Translations under genes and position numbers: made by a program
Shown: in pieces, positions 52,501-61,500 of the stretch
How positions within the stretch are numbered: position 1 is the stretch's first letter
How the letters are laid out: each line of letters opens with the position of its first letter
Origin: Priapulus caudatus
Taxonomy: Eukaryota
Direction: 5' to 3'
Length of the DNA stretch: 64,000 bases
NCBI RefSeq assembly: GCF_000485595.1
Contig: NW_014577070.1
Span: 708,354-772,353 of the forward strand
Notes under the pieces: model-generated
Told to the model about the DNA's origin: nothing
The model's input: only the letters and a program-made list of their open reading frames with translations
Database searches by the model: none

Positions 52501-55500
52501 CATTTATGTCGTGAATACATTTAGTTACAGCACAGTCCTGCATGCGAGCTGTAAAATCTTGCTTTTTGTATGCAGCCGGTCTAGATTATCTGAGGAAAAG
52601 GTGTTATATGAAGCGGTTACGTCAGTGGGGTATGCAGTACAGATGTACAAATATCAGTCCCTTTCTGTGGTGTAATTCTAAGCTCTGGTGGCTCTCAGAA
52701 ATCTATTTACTTTAGGGTCAATTTATTACCTGTATTTTAATAGTAGTTACACACCCTTTCACTCACTACTATCACTTACTAACATTCTATGTGTGTCTTG
52801 TAAATTTACGACATGGTGACGCGGTCTGTTTTGAACCTTATCTTACTATCTCATAAATCTCTCAGTACTTGGTGGTGGGATCTGTTGTGATTTATTTATC
52901 TGTACGTTTATATCATGAACTTGTGTTCAATATGTGTTTAGTAGATTTACAACATGGACTCTTATGAAACTTAATTACCTCATGTCTCTATCAGTTCTTG
53001 GTGGTGGGATCTGTTTTGGGTCATGTTCTATATGTTTTATAAAACCTGAATTCTGTTTATTTGTCTTGCGAGTATAAGCTTAATATCGTAAATATTATGT
53101 GTCCAGGCACTGTTGGCTTGAATGGTTAGATCATTATTGCATTATACATTATGCACTGTTGATAAACAAATAATTGTATACGTGGTTATTAACTAATACC
53201 ACTCACGTTGTGTTAAGTGTGCCTTTAAGAAATTGATTTCTACGGTACAGCATGTGTCAATTATCGATTCACCAATTTTTCTCCATTCGCATGTCACTGT
53301 AAAGTGTGCGTATCTTAGACCAATAATTCGTCTCCTAGAAAGTTATATAATCTGACGCTATTTTAGGATTTCGCACCTAGTATGGCTTCAGCTTATAACA
53401 AATTTTCAGGGTGCAATTCATCGGTCTACGCGCATCGATTCTGCAATACATTTTGCGTTTGTTTCGCGGCGTCGTGTGTAGGAAGCAGATTCGTGACGGA
53501 GTACGACATCGGTCTCGTGAAGCTGGACGTCTCACCAACGTGGCCGGAGGATGTCGGCGAGTACAAGTGCGTCGCCACCAACAGATGGGGCCAGGACGAG
53601 ACGGTCGGAGCGGTCAACATCATACCCGCAGTCGAGAAGGGCGAACCGCCGAAGTTTGTCACGCAGCTGCCGACTCCAGGTTTGTGCGCGCGTGCCCACG
53701 CATCAGTCTTTGAAGCGAACGTCTGTGCTGAGCGTGAGATGTTGCGGGGGAATGGGGAATAGCCTTGAGAGCGGTTATCGTGAGCTGTCGTGTTAATTAC
53801 GCATGTTGTGTGCTGCAGAGGTCATGGAAGGTCAGCCAACCCACCTTGAAGCACAACTGGTTCCGGTCAATGATCCAACGATGAATGTGCAATGGTTCTT
53901 CAAGGGAGAGCCTCTCATCTCGGGTAGGCTTTACTATCATGATACATACCTATAATACTGTTAATATATTACAAACATGTATATATGAATTAACATATAT
54001 ATATATATATAATTGTGATATTGCGAGATTTATTCTGAGAGATGGCATTGCGATGAGTAGGATATGAAAGAGTGAAAGAGAGTTAATTCTGCTAGGTTTC
54101 GCATTATGTATATTTTGGGTTTTATAGGCACCAAGTATATACCAAAGTATGACTTTGGACTCGTTGAACTGGACATTACTCAAACCTGGCCTGAAGATGT
54201 TGGTGAATACAAGTGTGTTGCTGTGAACAAGTGGGGCATGGATGAGACAGCAGGTGGACTCAATGTGAAGCCTAGTCCTGAAAGGGGAGAACCACCCAAG
54301 TTCACGACGCAACTCCAACGACCTGGTAAGCATCATGGGTTAATTTACCATAATCATAATGAAGAAGAGATAAAAAATGTGACTTCGAAAGTGAAATATA
54401 ATAGTTATAGTACACGAATTTTGATGTGCATTCCACGAGATATCTAGCTGTGTGTGAAAGTAAATCATTTGAACTATTTTATGCAAATTTGTTTTCTGTA
54501 TTCATGTAGTTGTACCAGAAAACACACCAGCACACTTGGATGCCAAACTGATACCAATTAACGATCCAACCATGGTTGTTGCATGGTTCTTCAACGGGAA
54601 ACCTCTTCCAACTGGTATACGTACTATTCGTAATATGCATGTGATCTCGTAAAAATTGGGAATATCTTTTGAGTGTAATGCTCTTTCACAAAACACTAAT
54701 CATGTGCATGTCTTAATATAATAAAAATATGTGAAGACAAGAATCTTGTCCATTGACATTAATTGTCCATTTCGTGGATTAGTGCTACATGCCAATGTAA
54801 TTGCATTTGTTATAAAGTTTACAGAGGTCTACTCATTGAGGTTCTATTGCCTGTATTGACACTAAAAATCTCCAATCATTAGGTACAAAATACAGAACCA
54901 ACCTTGACTTTGGACATGTTGAAATGGACATTACTCAAACCTGGCCTGAAGATGTTGGGGAATACAAGTGTGTTGCTGTAAACAAGTATGGCAGGGATGA
55001 AACAACAGGTGGCCTAGCATTGATGCCTAGTCCTGAAAGGGGAGAACCACCCAAGTTCCGACGCAACTCCAACGACCTGGTAAGCATCGTGGGGTTAATT
55101 TACCATAATCATAATGAAGAAGAGATAAGAAATGTGACTTTGAAGGGAAATAATAAATAGTTATAGTATGTATGGTACACGAATTTTGATGTGCATTCCA
55201 CGAGATATCTAGCTGTGTGGGAAAGTGAATCATTTGAATTATTTTATGCAAATTTGTTTTCTGTATTCATGTAGTTGTACCAGAAACACACACCAGCACA
55301 CTTGGATGCCAAACTGATACAATTAACGATCCAACCATGGTTGTTGCATGGTTCTTCAACGGGAAACCTCTTCCAACTGGTATACTATTCGTAATATGCA
55401 TGTGATCTCGTAAAAATTGGGAATATCTTTGTGTAATGCTCTTTCACAAAACACTAATCATGTGCATGTCTTAATATAATAAAAATATGTGAAGACAAGA

Positions 55501-58500
55501 ATCTTGTCCATTGACATTAATTGTCCATTTCGTGGATTAGTGCTACATGCCAATGTAATTGCATTTGTTATAAAGTTTACAGAGGTCTACTCATTGAGGT
55601 TCTATTGCCTGTATTGACACTAAAAATCTCCAATCATTAGGTACGAAATACAGAACCAACCTTGACTTTGGACATGTTGAAATGAGCATTACTCAAACCT
55701 GGCCTGAAGATGTTGGGGAATACAAGTTGTTTGCTGTAAACAAGTATGGCAGGGATGAAACAACAGGTGGCCTAGCATTGATGCCTAGTCCTGAAAGGGG
55801 AGAACCACCCAAGTTCACGACGCAACTCCAACGACCTGGTAAGCATCGTGGGTTAATTTACCATAATCATAATGAAGAAGAGATAAGAAATGTGACTTTG
55901 AAAGTGAAATATAATAGTTATAGTACGGTACACGATATTTGATGTGCATTCCACGAGATATCTAGCTGTGTGGGAAAGTGAATCATTTGAATTATTTTAT
56001 GCAATTTTGTTTTCTGTATTTATGTAGTTGTACCAGAAAACACACCAGCACACTTGGATGCCAAACTGATACCAATTAACGATCCAACCATGGTTGTTGC
56101 ATGGTTCTTCAACGGGAAACCTCTTCCAACTGGTATACTATTCGTAATATGCATGTGATCTCGTAAAAATTCGGAATATCTTTGTGTAATGCCCTTTCAC
56201 AAAACACTAATCATGTGCAATTTTTAATATAATAAAATATGTGAAGACAAGAATCTTGTCCACTGACATTAATGGTTCATTTCGTGGATTAGTGCTACAT
56301 GCCGATGTAATTGCATTTGTTATAAAGTTCACAGTGGTCTACTCATCGAGGTTCTATTGCTTGTATTGACACTAAAAATTTCCAATCATCAGGTACGAAA
56401 TACAGAACAAACTATGACTTTGGATTCGTTGAAATGGACATTCCTCAAACCTGGCCTGAAGATGTTGGTGAATACAAGTGTGTTGCTGTAAACAAGTATG
56501 GCAGGGATGAAACAACAGGTGGCCTAGCATTGATGCCTAGTCCTGGAACTGGAGAACCACCCAAGTTCACGACGCAACTCAACGACCTGGTAAGCATCGT
56601 GGGTTAATTTACCATAATCATAACGAAGAAAAGATAAAAAATGTGACTTCGAAAGTGAAATATAATAGTTATAGTACACGAATTTTGATGTCCATTTCAC
56701 GAGATATCTAGGTGTGTCGGAAAGTTAATCATTTGAATTATTTTATGCAATTTTGTTTTCTGTATTCATGTAGTTGTACCAGAAAACACACCAGCACACT
56801 TGGATGCCAAACTGATACCAATTAACGATCCAACCATGGTTGTTACATGGTTCTTCAACGAGAAACCTCTTCCAACTGGTATACGTACTATTCGTAATAT
56901 GCATGTGATCTCGTAAAAATTGGGAATATCTTTGTGTAATGCCCTTTCACAAAACACTAATCATGTGCAATTTTTAATATAATAAAAATATGTGAAGACA
57001 AGAATCTTGTCCACTGACATTAATGGTTCATTTCGTGGATTAGTGCTACATGCCGATGTAATTGCATTTGTTATAAAGTTCACAGTGGTCTACTCATCGA
57101 GGTTCTATTGCCTGTATTGACACTAAAAATTTCCAATCATCAGGTACGAAATACAGAACAAACCATGACTTTGGATTCGTTGAAATGGACATTCCTCAAA
57201 CCTGGCCTGAAGATGTTGGTGAATACAAGTGTGTTGCTGTAAACAAGTATGGCAGGGATGAAACAACAGGTGGCCTAGCATTGATGCCTAGTCCTGGAAC
57301 TGGAGAACCACCCAAGTTCACGACGCAACTCCAACGACCTGGTACGCATCGTGGGTTAATTTACCATAATCATAACGAAGAAAAGATAAAAAATGTGACT
57401 TCGAAAGTGAAATATAATAGTTATAGTACACGAATTTTGATGTCCATTTCACGAGATATCTAGGTGTGTGGGAAAGTTAATCATTTGAATTATTTTATGC
57501 AATTTTGTTTTCTGTATTCATGTAGTTGTACCAGAAAACACACCAGCACACTTGGATGCCAAACTGATACCAATTAACGATCCAACCATGGTTGTTACAT
57601 GGTTCTTCAACGAGAAACCTCTTCCAACTGGTATACGTACTATTCGTAATATGCATGTGATCTCGTAAAAATTGGGAATATCTTTGTGTAATGCCCTTTC
57701 ACAAAACACTAATCATGTGCAATTTTTAATATAATAAAAATATGTGAAGACAAGAATCTGTCCACTGACATTAATGGTTCATTTCGTGATTAGTGCTACA
57801 TGCCATGTAATTGCATTTGTTATATAAAGTTCCACAGTGGTCTACTCATCGAGTGTCTATTGCCTGTATTGACACTAAAAATTTCCATTATCACGGTAAC
57901 GAAATACAGAACAAACATGACTTTGGATCGTTGAAATGGACATTCCTCAAACCGCCTGAAGATGTGGTGAATACAGTGTAANNNNNNNNNNNNNNNNNNN
58001 NNNNNNCTGTAAAGTGTGCGTATCTTAGCAATAATTCGTCTCCTAGAAAGTTATATATATCTGACGCTATTTTAGGATTTCGCACCTAGTATGGCTTCAG
58101 CTTATAACAAATTTTCAGGGTGCAATTCATCGTCTAACGCGCATCGATTCTGCAATACATTTTGCGTTTGTTTCGCGGCGTCGTGTGTAGGAGCAGATTC
58201 GTGACGGAGTACGACATCGGTCTCGTGAAGCTGGACGTCTCACCAAGTCGGCGGAGGATGTCGGCGAGTACAAGTGCGTCGCCACCAACAGATGGGGCCA
58301 GGACGAGACGGTCGAGCGGTCAACATCATACGCGCAGTCGAGAGGAGCGAACCGCCGAAAGTTTGTCACGCAGCTGCCGACTCCAGGTTTGTGCGCGCGT
58401 GCACGCATCAGTCTTTGAAGCGAACGTCTGTGCTGAGCGTGAGATGTTGCGGGGGAATGGGGAATAGCCTTGAGAGCGCGTTATCGTGAGCTTGTGTGTT

Positions 58501-61500
58501 TAATTACGCATGTTGTGTGCTGCAGAGGTCATGGAAGGTCAGCCAACCACCTTGAAGACAACTGGTTCCGGTCAATGATCCAACGATGAATGTGCAATGG
58601 TTCTTCAAGGGAGAGCTCTCATCTCGGGTAGGCTTTACTATCATGATACATACTATAATACTGTATATATTACAAACATGTATATATGAATTAACATATA
58701 TATATATATAATTGTGATATTGCGAGATTTATTCTGAGAGATGGCATTGCGCATGAGTAGGATATGAAAGAGTGAAAGAGAGTTAATTCTGCTAGGTTTC
58801 GCATTATGTATATTTTGGGTTTTATAGGCACAAGTATATACCAAAGTATGACTTTGGGACTCGTTGAACTGGACATTACTCAAACCTGGCCTGAAGATGT
58901 GGTGAATACAAGTGTGTTGCTGTGAACAAGTGGGGCATGGATGAGAACAGCAGGTGGACTCAATGTGAAGCCTAGTCCTGAAAGGGGAGAACCACCCAAG
59001 TTCACGACGCAACTCCAACGACCTGGTAAGCATCGTGGGTTAATTTACCATAATCATAATGAAGAAGAGATAAAAATGTGACTTCGAAAGTGAAATATAA
59101 TAGTTATAGTACACGAATTTTGATGTGGGCATTCCACGAGATATCTAGCTGTGTGTGAAAGTAAATCATTTGAACTTTTTATGCAAATTTGTTTTCTGTA
59201 TTCATGTAGTTGTACAGAAAACACACCAGCACACTTGGATGCCAAACTGATACCAATTAACGATCCAACCATGGTTGTTGCATGGTTCTTCAACGGGAAA
59301 CCTCTTCCAACTGGTATACTATTCGTAATATGCATGTGATCTCGTAAAAATTGGGAATATCTTTGTGTAATGCTCTTTCACAAACACCTAATCATGTGCA
59401 TGTCTTAATATAATAAAAATATGTGAAGACAAGAATCTTGTCCATTGACATTAATTGTCTCATTTCGTGGATTAGTGCTACATGCCAATGTAATTGCATT
59501 TGTTATAAGTTTACAGAGTCTACTCATTGAGGTTCTATTGCTGTATTTGACACTAAAATCTCCAATCATTAGGTAGCAAAATACAGAACCAACCTTGACT
59601 TTGGACCATGTTGAAATGGACATTACTCAAACCTGGCCTGAAGATGTTGGGGAATACAAGTGTGTTGCTGTAAACAAGTATGGCAGGGATGAAAACAACA
59701 GGTGGCCTAGCATTGATGCCTAGTCCCTGAAGGGGAGACCACCCACCAGTTCACGACGCAACTCCAACGACTGCGTAAGCATCGTGGGTTAATTTACATA
59801 ATCATAATGAAGGAAGAGATAAGAAATGTGACTTTGCAAAGGGAAATAAAAATAGTTATAGTATGTATGGTACACCGAATTTGATGTGCATTCCACGAGA
59901 TATTCTAGCTGTGGGAAAGTGAATCATTTGAATTTTTTATGCAAATTTGTTTTCTGTATTCATGTAGTTTGTACCAGAAAACACACCAGCACACTTGGAT
60001 GCCAAACTGATACACAATTAACGATCCAACCATGGTTGTTGCATGGTTCTTCAACGGAAACCTCTTCCAACTGGTATACTATTCGTAATATGCATGTGAT
60101 CTCGTAAAAATTGGGAATATCTTTGTTTAATTGCTCGTTTCACAAAAACACTAATATTGTGGATGTCTTATATAATAAAAATATGTGAAGACAAGAAATT
60201 GTCCATTGACATTAATTGTCCATTTGTGATTAGTGCTACATGCCAATGTAATTGCATTTGTTTATAAAGTTTACAGAGGTTACTCATTGAGGTTCTATTG
60301 CTGTATTGACACTAAAATCTCCAATCATTAGGTACGAATACAGAACCAACCTTGACTTTGACATGTTGAAGAAGGACATTACTCAAACCTGGCCTGAAGA
60401 TGTTGGGAATACAAGTGTGTTTGCTGTAAACAAGTATGGCAGGGATGAAAACAAAGGTGGCCTAGCATTGATGCTAGTCCTGAAAGGGAGAACCACCCAA
60501 TTCACGACGCAACTCACGACATGGTAAGCATCGTGGTTAATTTACCATAATCATAATGAAGAAGAGATAAGAAATGTGACTTTGAAGGAAATATAATAGT
60601 TATAGTATGGTACACGATTTTGATGTGCATTCCACGAGATTCTAGCTGTGTGGGAAAGTGAATCATTTGAATTATTTTATGCAATTTTTTTTTCTGTATT
60701 TAATGTAGTTGTACAGAAAACACACCAGCACATTGGATGCCAAACTGATACAATTAACGATCAACCATGGTTGTTGGCATGGTTCTTCAACGGGAACCTC
60801 TTCAACTGGTATAACTATTCGTAATATGCATGTGATCTCGTAAATAATTCGAATATCTTTGTGTAATGCCCTTTCACAAAACACTAATCATGTGCAATTT
60901 TTAATATAATAAAATATGTGAAGACAAGATCTTGTCCACTGACATTAATGGTTCATTTCGTGGATTAGTGCTACATGCCGATTGTAATTGCATTTGTTTA
61001 AAAGTTCAAGTGGTCTACTCATCGAGGTTCTATTGCTTGTATATGACACTAAAAAATTTCAATCATCAGGTACGAAATACAGAACAAACTATGACTTTGG
61101 ATTCGTTGAAATGACATTCCTCAAACCTGGCCTGAAGATGTTGGTGAAATACAAGTGTGTTGTGTAAACAAGTATGGCAGGGATGAAACAACAGGTGGCC
61201 TAAGCATTGATGCCTAATCCTGCAACTGGAGAACCACCTCAAGTTCACGACGCAACTCAACGACTGGTAAGCAATGTGGGTTAATTTACCATAATCATAA
61301 CGAAGAAAAGATAAAAAATGTGACTTCGAAAGTGAAATATAAATAGTTATAGTACACGAATTTTGATGTCCATTTCACGAGATATTCTAGGTGTGTCGGA
61401 AAGTTAATCATTTGAATTATTTTATGAACAATTTGTTTTCTGTATTCATGTAGTTGTACCAGAAAACACAGCAGCACGACTTGGATGCCAAACTGATACC

